Shown here one piece after another: positions 22,956-36,060 of a stretch of DNA of 64,000 bases. The notes under the pieces were generated by a model that saw only the letters and a program-made list of their open reading frames with translations, was not told the DNA's origin and did no database searches. Source of the DNA: Chiloscyllium plagiosum (taxonomy: Eukaryota); NCBI RefSeq assembly GCF_004010195.1, contig NC_057750.1:19876117-19940116 (forward strand), read 5' to 3'. The translations under genes and the position numbers were made by a program. The first letter of the stretch is position 1. The number at the start of each line of letters is the position of its first letter.

Positions 22956-23409
22956 GGAAGACCCAGTTTGCTTTGAATCTGTGAGAAAGTAAAGAATAAA
23001 ATGCCTCATTTAACAGTAGCAGTATGCTACTACACAGACCAAAGTAAGGGTATCCTCCCTTATAATTTAATGGGATTGCAGAATGCTCTTAGGATTGTTT
23101 CAAGGAATTCCCTTGACAAAATGAGGAGATTTGACAGTCTTACAAGTCATAGATACTGGAGGGTACAAATATGACTTGCATAGCTGGAGGTCAAGGGGAC
23201 ATATGCACAAAATGATTTAAAAGCAAGGACAAAGTAGAAGAAGCAAGTTTGCTGAACTGCATGTTGAGTGTGGGAGTATGTCAGTGCTGGATGTAGGAAT
23301 TTGCATTCATGAAGATGCTGTATCTTGAAACTTCTGCAATTCTTCAAGTGGTGACAGTGTTGGAGTACAAGGAGTATTGCATTTTATTGGCAATGGGTGA
23401 GAAGTGGTG

Positions 23410-24008
23410 TATATACATGTCGCTTGTGATGTACATGCACACAAACACGTCACTCAGTGATGTGTACACACATCACTCAATGATGTACATGCCACGTCAT
23501 TCAGACTTAGGTACATACACACAGGCATACATACAAACACACATCACTGTGATGTACACACATGTCACTCAGTGATGTACATGTACACACAAACACACCA
23601 CTCAGACTTACGTACACACACAAACTTCACTCAGTGGTGCCCATGCACCACAATCAGTAATGTATAAGTACACACATCATTCAGATTTATGTATATATAC
23701 TCAACTAAAACCACAAATCACTCTGATGTACACACACGTCACTCAGTGATGTACATACACAAACTTCACTCAGTGATGTACATGCACACAAACGCACACT
23801 TCAATGATGTAAGCATACACACACGTCAGTGATGTATGCATAGACACACACCACTTCGTGATATACACACAACACATACAAGCACACATCACTCTGATAA
23901 ATACACATATCACTCAGTGAGGTACAGACATAAACATATGTCACTCAATGATATACACAAACAGACATATCATTCATTAATGTGTGCAAAACACACACAC
24001 ACACACAT
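23410..24008. repeat. Degenerate minisatellite (CACTCAGTGATGTACA(CA)n units of about 25-35 bp)
   Basis: Roughly 18-20 recurring units. Confidence 0.85.
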
Positions 24009-24079
24009 TTGGGGTGGCACGCTCGCTCAGTGGTTAGCACTGCTGCCTCACAGCGCAGGGACCTTGGTTTGATTCCTGG

Positions 24080-25760
24080 GGGAGGAAGCTGGAAAGCTCA
24101 CCTCGCTGATTTTTGCTACCTGTAGCCTGGAGGACCCCCGACCTGGGGTAAGGCAGGTGAGATCCACTCACTCCAGGAAAACCTCCAGACTATGACAGAG
24201 CTAGAGCTCCAACATAAAGAACAGGACAGAATGCTGCAGGAAACCCTCATCCACATGGAAAAGTTCCAGAAACAACTGGATGGCATCCATTCTAGTGAGA
24301 AGAGGGCCATTGGGGACTGGGAGGAAACATAAGTACACATTGGCATACTAGGAGGACAGTTTAGGGAGCTCCAAACAGCTGTGCGCATCTGATATGCATA
24401 TCAGACCCTCGAAAGAAGTACAAGGACCAAACACAATTCTTAGGGAACTGGGTCACTGCCGAGCATGGGATAATGAGTCATAGAGTCACAGAGAAATACT
24501 GCACTGAAACAGACCCTTTGATCCAACTTGCCCATGCCAACCAGATATCCCAACCCAATCTATTCCCAACTACCAGCACCTGACTCATATCCCAACAAAC
24601 CCTTCCTATTTATATTACCACTCAGATGCCTTTTAAATGTTGTAATTGTACTGGCCTCCACAACTTCCTCTGGCAGCTCATTCGATACATGTACCACCCT
24701 CTACGTGAAAAAGTTGTTCCTATGTGTGCCTTCAGGGACCTTCCTCTCCAGGGAGATAACGAGAGGCCCCACACTGACACACATACAACCCCCCCACCCC
24801 CCCCGATATTGATGGGAACCCCCGCTGCCGTTCACCCATCTTTCACTCCTCCTCTAATCTAAAGCCAAAACCAGAGCCCTTATATCCTGTGGTTACACAA
24901 AATCAAACAGCTGTTGGTCACACAACGTACACAACACCCAGATGGACATTTGATTCCGCCTCAGACTCAGATACATTTTTGGATGAAATCCACCGACAGC
25001 CAGTTATTCATGGATTAGATGCTGAGGAACAAAGAAAGTTAATCACCATGTGTCTTAGTCCAATCGGCCATTCAGCCATTCCCAAGGCACAACAGCTAGT
25101 GAGGGGTCCCTTGATGAGATGTAGACAGTGGTCTTCGCTGCTGTAGGGAAGGATAAGGCAGACCCCACAGAGGTGCTACACAACTGTAGAACAACAAGGG
25201 AAACACTCCATCTACTTTTCCCAAAGACTCAGGGTCAAATTTGTCTGGATTTTCCGGGACATGACCAACACCTCTCTCAGCGATGAGAAACTGGATCTGA
25301 ACCCTTATCTCCTATGAGTCAGAAAGAGGGAGAGACACATTTATGGGATTTGACCACTCCAATGTCTCCTCTAACGAGGCATGTTTCCTCTGCAAAGGGA
25401 GTAAATGGCACAGCAGTCATCCAGAAAATCAGCATGGTCTAGACTTCTTCTAGCAACCCCTCCAAACTGGAGGAGCAAAGGAAGGGGCAGCAATACAGGA
25501 TGGAGACCAGACAGACTCCTCTTCCATGCAACACATGGGATGATGGAACAGCTGAGGGAGGACCTAAGGCGGGCTAGCCAATGGAAAGGCCTATCGTAGA
25601 CTAGTGACAAACAGCGTGACTATTTGTTCCAGGAGAAGACCCACACCAACACCTCTCACTGACAGTCGCAGCAGCTCACCAAGGTCTGGGTTAATGACAG
25701 CTGCAAGGACACTTGCAGAGAGGCACTGGGTGCTAGGGATCCCAATTATCCCGAGTGACA
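24080..25760 (+). mobile_element. Degraded LTR-element gag-like sequence, with a nested minus-strand CR1 3' fragment at about 24475-24725
   Basis: Coiled-coil-like stretch, Pro-rich linker, and capsid-like TFLDEIHRQPVIHGLDAEEQRKLITMCL..DPTEVLHNCR..FSQRL. Confidence 0.4.
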
Positions 25761-26584
25761 AAGTTGAGGTGAGAACTTAGAAGTTGAAAATATTAGAATT
25801 ATATACAAAAGCTTTGAATGTGTTCCCAAGACACCTTCCCATATGCTGAGAAAAAACAGGGGGATGTTGACAGGGACTCTCTGAAGTAAATCCATCACTT
25901 GCCCAAAGCTTATCATCAATTGATTCGGCTCCTGTCAGATCAAGCCGTGTTCCTAACTGCACCTGACCGTAAAATATCTCAGAATATCGCTGGTTATTAT
26001 TGCCAGCTCCAAAAAGTAGATATCCCAACAGATAGGTGTACTCACAATGAATAATGCCTGGACACACACCCAAGGGGTATAAGGTAAATCAAACTCCCAG
26101 GGTAATCACTTTATTCCTATACATTTACGAGATGTGGGCATCATTGGCTGGTCAGTATTTATTTCCCGTCCTTAGTTGCCACTCGAGAAGGATAGAGTGA
26201 CAATAAGAGTGAAGTCAGTGATGTATCCATTGGTGGGAGCCTATCTTGTTCACTGAGCCCCCTTCCCTCAGGAAATGCAGTATATTCTCCTCACTTGGAC
26301 CTTCATGCGACTCCAGACCCTGTGAAATGAGGGATGGGAAATAACTGTTGACCTCGGCAGCAATGCACACATCAGTGTGTGAGAAGAACTACATTTCAAT
26401 CAGTGAGTGCAATGTTATTATTTAAAGAGGACAACTCTTAAAAACAAAACTCAGCAATGCTGTAATCTATATCTCCCTAAGGAGTTTCCACACAGTATAA
26501 GGAAAGGTCTCAGGAATGCATCAGCTCAGTTTCAAACAAGAAGCTTGTCAGCTGCCTGAAGGACGGATTACCTCACCCGGAAAA

Positions 26585-28932
26585 ATGCATCTTCCAATTG
26601 ATCAGGTGCAGAAGGCGTTCTACACCATCCTTGCTTTTACCGGCATCCCTGGTATGGAATTATGACAATTGAACTTGTTTTAATCTGCTGCTGATCTGCT
26701 CTCTGGTTTTACCTTTCGAACAATATCTCCAGGTCACTGACTGGTAAGCCTTATCCAAAAACCGGAACAATGATAACAATTCACTGAGCTGAATTCTCAG
26801 TACAATTCCCCTCTGACAGAGACTCCCAACTTCCCTGGAGCTGCAGCATTTTCTGATATGTGTTCTGCCGTCTGTTCCGGTTTCATACAGTTTGAAGATA
26901 GAAGAGATTGTGTAAGTTAGTTCTGAAAGAGTAGACCTGAAATGTTTACTCTGCTTTCTCTCCCACATATGCTGTCAGTGCTGCTGAGAAATTTCTGTTT
27001 TTGTTATATAAATGAGGCCTGTTTTTGCTAAAATTTAGAAGATTAAGGGCTAATCTAACCAAAGTCCCAAAGATATTAATAGGGAAAGACAAACTTACCA
27101 CTAATTATAATCTGAGGAAAGGTTCTAGTGCATTCAGGAGAGATGTTAGGTAGCACTTCTACGTAAAAAGGATGGTAGAGGTTTGGAAATCTCTTCCACA
27201 CGCAGCAGCAGATACTGGATGAGTTCTTAATTTTAAATCTGAGACAATTTTGTTCTTTGTTAAGCAAAGAATTTGAGGATAATACACCTCCTTTGATTTG
27301 TAAAGTTTAATCTGTCATCCTTTTTGGAAATTCTCTCCTTGTCATTGCCTCTGGTCAGGAAATTCAGTTATTGACAGATTGCCCTCCTGATCCCTGTGCG
27401 TCGCATGTGCAGATGTGTAGAATTACAGTGTGAATATCACATTAATTCCAAAACTCACACATTGTCACTAAGGGAGCCTTGCACTCTCTGTAAGGGTGAG
27501 GCAAATGGAGTAGCTTGGTTGAAATCTTATATAACTTCTGATGACCTGTTTTTTGGTCCTGTTGTGGCTCCAATCAGGATATTGTCCAATGCCAAGAGTA
27601 GGGATAACCTGACCCAAGGGAAAGGGGAGAATTTGTTTTATTGACAGTCCAATCTCCAATCCTATGACTATGTTAGGAGCAAGGTTTCTAATGGGGTTCT
27701 GCCCCCGGCAGAATTGGAGCTGATATCTTTAAGAATCTTTTACAGCTATACAAATAGTTATCTTGTAATCAAACACAATCAAAGATTTCTTTCTGCTCCC
27801 GAAGGAGGACTGTGAACTCAGACCCTATCCTCACTCCATAATCTTTGGACTGAATATGCGGGAGTATAGTCTTAAAATTCAAACTCACTCAATCCAAAAA
27901 AATTCCACAGCCACAGCGGGCAGGTCATTGGTGGTAAAATCTAATTGTTGCTCTCTGGAACAGGTGGGGGAGTTTCTGTTTAGTAATTCGCTATTTCTTT
28001 TCCGATTTGTCTTCCACAGTTAATTTGCTGGCAATTTGTATTCTTTCCCAGCATAAGTGTGGTGTTTCCTCTTGCACGACTCGTTACCTGGTGGTTATGG
28101 CAGCTGCTGATCTGATGGTTATTTTCACTGATGTTATACTGAGGAGAATTCCCTATTTTTATTACTCACGGTCTTTTCTGGACATCACCCCTGTGTGTAG
28201 TGTTATTGGGGGTCTGTTTCGTGCAGCCAGGGACTGCTCTGTCTGGTTCACCGTCACTTTCTCCTTTGACCGATTTGTGACCATTTGTTGTCAGAAGCTG
28301 AGAACAAAATATTGCACTGAGAAAACTGCGACAGTGGTTCTAGCAACAACCTGCATCCTGTTCTGTCTGAAAAACATCCCTTTCTATCTTCAATATGAAC
28401 CTTGGATGATAATCAACAATGTGTCATTCTACTGTAAAATAAAATCAAGTTACTATACTGAGACTTGGTGGGTGGGATTAGATTGGCTTGATACGGTTCT
28501 AACCCCTTTACTGCCATTTGTTTTAATTCTGTTGCTCAATACTCTGACAGTTAGATACATTTTAGTGACCAGTCAAAAACGAAAGAGGCTGAAGGGTGAG
28601 AGCAAAGGAGAAAACCGCAGAGACCCAGAGATGGAGAGCAGAAGGAAGTCTGTGATTTTGCTCTTCTCCATATGGGGAGCTTCATCCTCCTGTGGTTAAT
28701 CAATGTTGTGGATTTCTTATACTATGTCATTCAAGGAATGAATATTGACGAATACCCACCTTTTCAACTTCACCTCAGTAAAGTTGGTTACATGCTGCGG
28801 AATCTAAGTTGTTGCACAAACACATTTATTTATGCAGCAACATTGTCTCGGTTCAGAGCAAAGTTTAGTAACATAGCAAAGTACCTGTTTACACGAATTC
28901 CTTGTGTTATAAATAAAAAAACTCCTCAGTGA
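26585..28932 (+). pseudogene. GPR139-like class A GPCR, two exons (26585-26651, 28020-28932), with a single 1-bp frameshift at about 28672
   Basis: Exon 1 MHLPIDQVQKAFYTILAFTGIP(G|GTATGG) splices in phase 1 to (CAG|)VNLLAICIL..RYLVVMAAADL..FSFDRFVTICC..PLLPFVLILLLN; TM6-7 SFILLWL..SCCTNTFIY lies in a shifted frame. Confidence 0.88.
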
Positions 28933-28994
28933 AGCACACGGGAGGGACTTATTGTTTGAATGATTTTTGTTTCATTAATTTGTGCAAATTGGAC

Positions 28995-29478
28995 ATCACA
29001 GACTGGGTCAGCATTTACTCCCTGTCCCTAGTTGTCCTTTGAGGAGGCGGTGATCTGCTTCCTTCTTGAATCACTGCAGTCCATGTGCTGTGCTTCATAC
29101 ACAACGTTGTTAGGGAAGGAGTTATTGGATTTTGATGCAGCAACACTGAAGGAGCGGTGACATATTTCCAAGTCAGGATGATGAGTAGCTTAAAGGTAAA
29201 CTTGGAGGTGCTGGTGTTCTCATGTATCTGCTGACATTCTCCTTCCAGGTTGAAGTTGTGGGTTTGGAAGGTGGTGTGCAAGGTGGTAAATTTCTGCATT
29301 GCATCTTGTAGATGCCATTCACTGCTCTTCTGAGCGTCGGTGGAGGCAGGAGTGAATATTTGTGGATGTGGTGCCAGTCAAGCGTGCTATTTTGTCCTGG
29401 ATGGTGTCAAGCTTCTTGAGTGTTTGTTGGAGCAATACCCACCCAGGCAAGTGGGGAGTATTCGATGGCATCCTGATA
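28995..29478 (-). mobile_element. Old LINE (CR1/L2-clade) 3' fragment
   Basis: Related pieces at about 26130-26350, 42560-42960 and 59170-60050. Confidence 0.5.
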
Positions 29479-30689
29479 AGAATCTTTATCCCAGTGCAGG
29501 AGGAGAGTCGAACTGCGAACCTGCAGATTCCTCATCATTGCATAATCAAAAGGAATTGTCCGGGAAAGTGGAATTTCCTACTGGGTAATTCCAAATGGAA
29601 TTTCCTACTGGGTAATTCCTATCAGCTTGAAACAATTTATTCATCTCCATCAAAATCAAATCCTTCAGAGGATTCTGATACAATTTCATAGAATAATTCT
29701 TCAGAAAATGCTTGACCATTAAACACATTATCTCACACCTCAGTAACAATTCAACAGACCCCATACTAATGGCAAAAGCAGCCAACTATCAGCAGTTTCG
29801 ATGCAAAAAAGTGTGGCAGGCATTATATGACATTAATCAGGACCCATCCACCGAAAAACAAATCTGGCTCCTGATTTTTCAGCATCAGACAGGTGTGGAG
29901 GCTGAAAAACCTCAAGGATTCAGTCAAGTGGTAGAGAGGGAGGAAAACAGCTTACAGCACCATCCAAACTGACAGCACCATCAACATGACACAAACACAT
30001 GCACAGATGCACACACAGGAACACAGACGCACACAGAGGTATACATACAAATGCACAAAATTGCAGTGTGGAAAGGTCTGCAATTGGACTGAGATTCCAC
30101 GGTGAAGATGCTCATGTGGAGATATGTTGTGCTCCCCCTGCAAAGTGGAAATAATTTATCTTTGAGTAGTATTCCTGACATTATTCACAATAATCAGAGT
30201 GTTTCCAGTGCAATTATATCCAGGCAACTCTAAGTGAATCAATTTGTGAGGAGACAGCGTGAATTCTATTACACTTTCTGTTGCTTACAATGTTTTCTGA
30301 TGTACTATCACAAATTCTAAGTGAGAAAGAATTCAAAAATGGTAGCAGTGAGACCAGCACCGGACATGTTCATCTCCTTCTCCTCATATTTCAAGGACAG
30401 TACCATAAGTCATCCAGTAAAACTGCTCTGCATCTCCAAAGGTATTCTTTGAAGAACAAAACAAACGTGCAATATGATGGATTCACAGACTTAAATGTTT
30501 TCTCCAAAAATAAATCTGATTCTTGTGCAGTGGTGTGGAGAGTTCACTAGAGGGTGGCATTGTATCACTTTCAACACAAGATGGGCAGACAGAGAGAAAG
30601 AGAGAAACTCGAGCCTTTGATTCACCATATTTTAATTCATTTTTTCAAAATTATGTCAGGACAAAGTGAGTCCCATTGCAGGCAAGGAT

Positions 30690-31140
30690 GGATACACACA
30701 CACACACACACGTCAACATTAGCATCAACATTGTATGACCTTTAATACAAGTGGGACAGACAGAGAGAGAGGTGTTTGATCCCATTTTAATGGCTTCACC
30801 CCGAAAACAACAGAGACCCCATTGCTGAGATACAGGTAAACATAGATTCCTGCAGTAACATGAACACACACTGGACACAAGCACATAGATAAGTACAAAG
30901 ACAGACACAGATACACGTAATCAAAAAAGTACTGTAATACATACACTGATATACATGAATACACACACATATACCACATATGTCATTCATACAGATGCAC
31001 AGACACACCCACAGATACAGAGATAGAAACCCACACAGATTGACACAGAAAAACACGAACACACACATACTTGCAGGCACACAGACACGTACATACAGAA
31101 ACAAACACACACAGGCAGAAACATTCAGACACAGATATTG
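30690..31140. repeat. (CA)/(CAGA)-rich simple repeats
   Basis: Visible directly in the sequence. Confidence 0.85.
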
Positions 31141-31199
31141 TCAAGGACAGCAAAAGTGAAGCCACTAATAAAATTCCTCATTCAAAAAACTAAATGAGA

Positions 31200-32450
31200 A
31201 ATCCGTAGATTTTTTGGAATGTGAGAGTTTACTGGAAATGAGTGCATAATTTCAACTGAAGAGCTGTGCCTTTGTTATGAAGGTGTAAAAGTGTACGGTA
31301 TCTTTAAGAAAGTATCTGACAGCACCAAGTGTTCTGAACAAGATTCAATGAAACCTTTTGGTCCAAAAGCTAGAGTAGTCGTTTGGAGACAAAAACGAAT
31401 GCGAATTTAGCCAATCAGTTTAAATTTTACACACAAAAAAATCAAACTCCAATCAAGTTTGAATCTAACATTTGACAATATTAAACGCCGATGACACAAT
31501 CTGATGCTTGGGGATATAAATCCTGGAAAGCGTGAACAGTTGAGAGAGAACTGCCAAGCCACCAATAAATGCAGACTGCCCACAGAATAGGTCACTTAAA
31601 GGTACATTTATCTATCAACCACCTGTGAAAGAGAAATTCTAAGAAGAGTAAAATCTACAGAGGAAGATACAAATGGAAGACTCGACAGCTGCCTGGTTTA
31701 GAAGTTTGAATTTTGGTAAATCTTAATCAGAAGCTTTATTGGACTAGTATTATAAAAGGGAAAGTAACAATAGGATATTGTAACAAATGGTTATTAGTTA
31801 ATTGTTTTCTGTTATACTTTCATAAATAAAGTTATTACGTTTTACGGGAACTGGTTCGTGGCCTCTCAAATTTTCGCAGATTACCGCACTGAGTAAATTG
31901 TTTTTTGTATTACAGGTTTAAATTGGCAGAGGGTTCACCCCGTGTTGGAACACCTTTAACAAATCTGTGAAGAAAACTAGGAAAAAAATGTAGTCTGGTT
32001 AGCAGAAGGCGAGGCAGCCTTTATAAGGATGAAAGCAATTTGAATGAATGAACTAGTGTTGGCCATCCCTGATTTGTCCAGACTTTTCAAAATGGCATTT
32101 GATGCTGGTAACTTGGAGTTGTGTGCTGTCTTGTTCCAGTACAATGAATAGGGTACCCATAGGGTACTTCTCTTAGAAACAATATCAGTCATAGGAAAAA
32201 TACTCTCCCGGAGAAGAAGAGGCTGTGGGATTGCTGTTGGCTTTTCAATACTTTGAAGTCAACATCTGACAAGAATCAATGAAATGCAAAGTTACACTTA
32301 TCAAGATCTATCAATCTTCATTGAGAAGTTTCAAATGAAGGAAGCAAGGCTAATCGAATGGAGTCGTTTGCGGCAACCATTTCATGTAAAGATTGTACAT
32401 CTTGCTTGAAAACTTAACGTAATTGCTGATGTACTGTTCCAAGGGGAGAA
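31200..32450 (+). mobile_element. Gypsy-type remnants: LTR-like block (to about 31952) and RNase H fragment (about 31990-32445)
   Basis: LVLAIPDLSRLFKMAFDAGNLELCAVLFQ..PIGYFS..LLLAFQYFEV..NVIADVL. Confidence 0.6.
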
Positions 32451-32599
32451 ATAATAAATGGATTGCAGTCAGTGAAGGAGCAGCACCCAGAAAGCTTGTG
32501 GTTTCAAATCAACCTGTTGGACGATAACCTACTGTTGTGCGACTTCTAACTTTGTTCACCCGAGTCCAACCCTGGCACCTTCATATCACAATGAACCAA

Positions 32600-33065
32600 A
32601 GACATCTCTTACACATACAATTATATTTACAGGCATTTAACGTGGATTCGATAACTGAAATTACTTCCATTTATCTTCAGAAGGCAGATGTCAGACAGTG
32701 GTCTTGCCCACAGAGCCTTTGTAGCAGCTATTCCAAGCTTTAGTGTGTTCTTCAGCAAGTAGTCCTGGATCTTAAGACGTGTTAGTCTGCAACATGTAAT
32801 CAAGGGCACCTCCTTGTTCTGGAAGACTAACCAGTTTCGGGCAAACCAAAGAGCCTCTTTTACTGAATTGATGGTCCTCCAGGCGCAATCAATGTTTGTC
32901 TTGGAGTGCGTCCTGAGGAACACAGTAGAGCACAGAGTCCTGCATCACACAACTGCTGGGAACACACCTTAGCAGACACACTGCATCTTGCCCCAGACTT
33001 CCTTTGCAAAAAAACATTCCAAAAGGAGATGTTGACAGTCTCTACTCACCTTGCAGCTACTTCCA
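32600..33065 (-). mobile_element. Tx1/L1-clade ORF2 C-terminal fragment
   Basis: CAWRTINSVKEALWFARNWLVFQ..CCRLTRLKIQDYLL..KALW. Confidence 0.7.
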
Positions 33066-33751
33066 GGGCAGAGTGTTTACTGGACAGAGTCCAACTCCAA
33101 TGTTTGTTTTGTTTTCTTCATATGCTATTGTACTGCATTAAAATTCTTTATTAACTTTGGATGTATTATGAATTTTTATGAATAAAGTACACTTATGAAA
33201 TAAAAAAAATCCTTCGGTATTGGACCCAAAACTGCTCACAATATTCTAAATGCCTTAAACAGCCTGAGCAGTGCATTCTGTTCTTCTATTCTAAAATTCT
33301 CAAACAAACCTAACATTATATTTTCGTTCCTAACTGCCAACTGAAGCTGCATTTTAACATAAAGACAATCCTGAACACGGACTAACAAGTCCCTTTGTGC
33401 TTCAGATTTCTGAAGCCGTTCCCCATTTAGAAAACCGTCTCCCCCTCTCTCCTAATTCCAGTGCATAACCACGCACACTTTAACACATTGTGTTCCGCCT
33501 GGCAACTGAATTGTACGAAAATCCTGAACGAGGACTTACTCTCCCCGAGTACCCGTTTTTGTGCCTCAGGTCTGGCAGTATCTGCCCAGAGAGAGATAAA
33601 GCAGAGACATCGTTTTTGGTCCGGTGGCGGCCGTCATTCGGAAGATCGCGCTTTGAGCTTAATGCAGCCACACACAATTTCTTCATCACTTTCACCGCTG
33701 TGCCTTTGGGAGGGAGTATTTTTCGTTTTGAAACATATTATTTTGTTTGGC

Positions 33752-34350
33752 GACACCAGAGTCGGCCCTTTTGTGCTTTTGATTCTCTCTCCTGAAAGGA
33801 TTGTTTCTCTTCAAAGAGTTTTTCTTCTGAAGTAGCTGCTCGGTCTCTTGGGGCACGTGGCGGCCGTTAACCGCCAGCTCGCACGCGGCGGGGCCTGAAG
33901 ATAAAACTGTCGGAGGGAGAGCGGGCTGGGTGAACAAAGTCCCTTTTCCGAACGAAATGGTGATGGTTATTGGCGGAATGAAGGGAGAGAGGACTACGTC
34001 ACTAAAGTCCTATTTCCTGAAGGTAATGATGGTGAATATGATAAATATTAGACACCAGGAGTTGGACCTTTTGTGTTTTTGTTTTCTCTCCTGAAAGGGT
34101 TGTTTCTGCTTAAAGAGCTTTATTTCTGAAGCAGTTGCCAACGGTCACTTGGGGCACGAGGCGGCCGTTAACCGTCATCTCGCGCGTGCGGCGGGCGGCA
34201 GTCCCACCCAGAAGGGAAAAGTGTCGGTGGGAGAGCGGATCGTGTCAACAAACTATCATTCCTGAAGGTAATGATGATGGATATTGGTGGATGGAGGGAA
34301 AGCGGTCTGTGTCGACGAAGTCCTGTTTCCGAAAGTAATGATGATGGTCA
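33752..34350. repeat. CpG-rich tandem duplicate (two units of about 299 bp)
   Basis: Units start GACACCAG at 33752 and 34051; they share ctctcctgaaagg and ggggcacg.ggcggccgttaaccg. Confidence 0.8.
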
Positions 34351-34435
34351 TTGGGGGCGGGTGGGGTGGAGTGGGGAGAGGAGAGATTCCACTTTGGCCC
34401 CACCCATTTCCCTGAGCATGTCATCTTGCAGGTAA

Positions 34436-34880
34436 CATCGAACATAGAAGAATACAGAGCAGTACAGGCCCTTTGGCCCTCGATGTTGCGCCGATCCAAG
34501 CCCACCTAACCTACACTAGCCCACTATCCTCCATATGCCTATCCAATGTCCGCTTAAATGCCCATAAAGAGGGAGAGTCCACCACTGCTACTGCCAGGGC
34601 ATTCCATGAACTCACGACTATCCGAGTAAAGAATCTACCACTAACACCTGTCCTATACCTACCACCCCTTAATTTAAAGCTATGCCCACTCTCCACATCC
34701 TTCCTATAGTATGCGACCAAAACTGCACACAATACTCCAGGTGCGGCCGCACCAGAGTCTTATACAACTGCAACATGATCTCAGGACTCTGGAACTCAAT
34801 TCCTCTACCAATAAAAGCCAGTACGCCATATGCCTTCTTCACCGCACTATTTACCTGGGTGGCAACCTTCAAAGATCTGT
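34436..34880 (-). mobile_element. CR1 3' fragment
   Basis: LYKTLVRPHLEYCVQFWS; FKLRGGRYRT; tail; GTAA duplicated at both ends. Confidence 0.9.
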
Positions 34881-35009
34881 GTAAGTGGGGCCGGGCGGCC
34901 GTTACTGATTTTATTTGTATTTTCCCCTCTCACTTTGCCCAGAGGGTTTGTATTTAAATTAGTGGGATTCTTAATGAATGCATTCTGACTTTCCTGGATT
35001 GATTAGGCA

Positions 35010-36060
35010 TGTTATGGTTGATAGCACCTTTTAGGAATGACCAGGAGACGCAGAGAATTCCTCAAGATAATAAGTCTTTATTTGCAAACAAAAGCTGTAG
35101 CCATCAGAGCAACCAACCCTGAAAGCCCCCGAACAGTGAGAGTACTCTAAAGTTATGTTGTTCGAAAAGCCAGGCTCTATCCCCGCTATAGTGGCATAAC
35201 CAATTGCACTGAGCCTACATTAACTAATCAGACTCTACTACAATTGTCCTCTGGATTGCTGCAGACCCTCACATTGTGCCGTGGTCATCTTTTCTTCACC
35301 TTTTATCACTGACAGGCAGCAGTCGGTCAAGGCAGACTCGAGCACGCAATCCAGACCTTGCACTTATGTAACATTCCAACATGTATTAATTTGTGGTTAT
35401 ATATTCATTTTTACCATAGACACTGTCCATATGGCCATTTCTACTAACTCTCAGACGTTTTACCATCCCTTTCCCACCCTTAAAACTGTAAAAGCAGTCG
35501 GCCCCCAACCTTATTATTTCTCCCTCACATGGTCCAACAAAAGTGGGAATAATTATTGTCTGTTGCCTCCAACTCTCATGACCAAACAAACTCTGTATGT
35601 ACACTAAACATTCAGATTGGTGCACACAATTGAGAAATAAAACAGGAAAATCGACGTTTCGTGCTCCTCGGATGCTACCTGACCTGCTGTGCTTTTCCAG
35701 CACCACGCAGATCTAAACTCTGGTTTTCAGCATCTGCAGTCCTCACTTTTGCCCTGAGAAATAAAACAACCGGTTATACAAAATAAAGAATATTGGTTAG
35801 ATACGTTTTGTTCAAAACTGAGCAGAATTTCACAAAGAAAGAGCATTAGTGTGAAAGGGTTGGAATAAAGAACGTGTTAATTTATGTAAAAAGGTAAAAC
35901 TCAGGACCTCTGATTTGAGGCATGAGTTTATTTTAACCTTGAATAGACCTGACACATTAATACTCCCTCCCCTTCTCAATAGACGCTGTTGGAACTGTTC
36001 AATGTTTCCAGCAGCTTGTGTGATTATTTCAGGTTCCCAACAGGAGTAGTGTCTCAATTT
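35010..36060 (-). mobile_element. LTR-retroelement remnant (putative 3' LTR 35010-35240) with a nested Penelope-B mini-element at 35645-35754
   Basis: TG..CA ends and AATAAA on the minus strand; nested element has TSD TGAGAAATAAAACA at 35631 and 35755. Confidence 0.45.

Noticed and set aside
23410..24008. CRISPR-like repeat-spacer array
   Set aside because: The context is eukaryotic, the spacers are low-complexity (CA)n and there are no cas genes.
29565..29620. Tandem duplication of about 28 bp (TGGAATTTCCTACTGGGTAATTCC) with NF-kB-like words
   Set aside because: A two-copy local slippage with no supporting context.
30651..31165. Cys/Val- or His/Thr-rich ORFs (also at 8.4-8.9 kb and 61.3-61.9 kb)
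   Set aside because: They are translations of (CA)/(TG) microsatellites.
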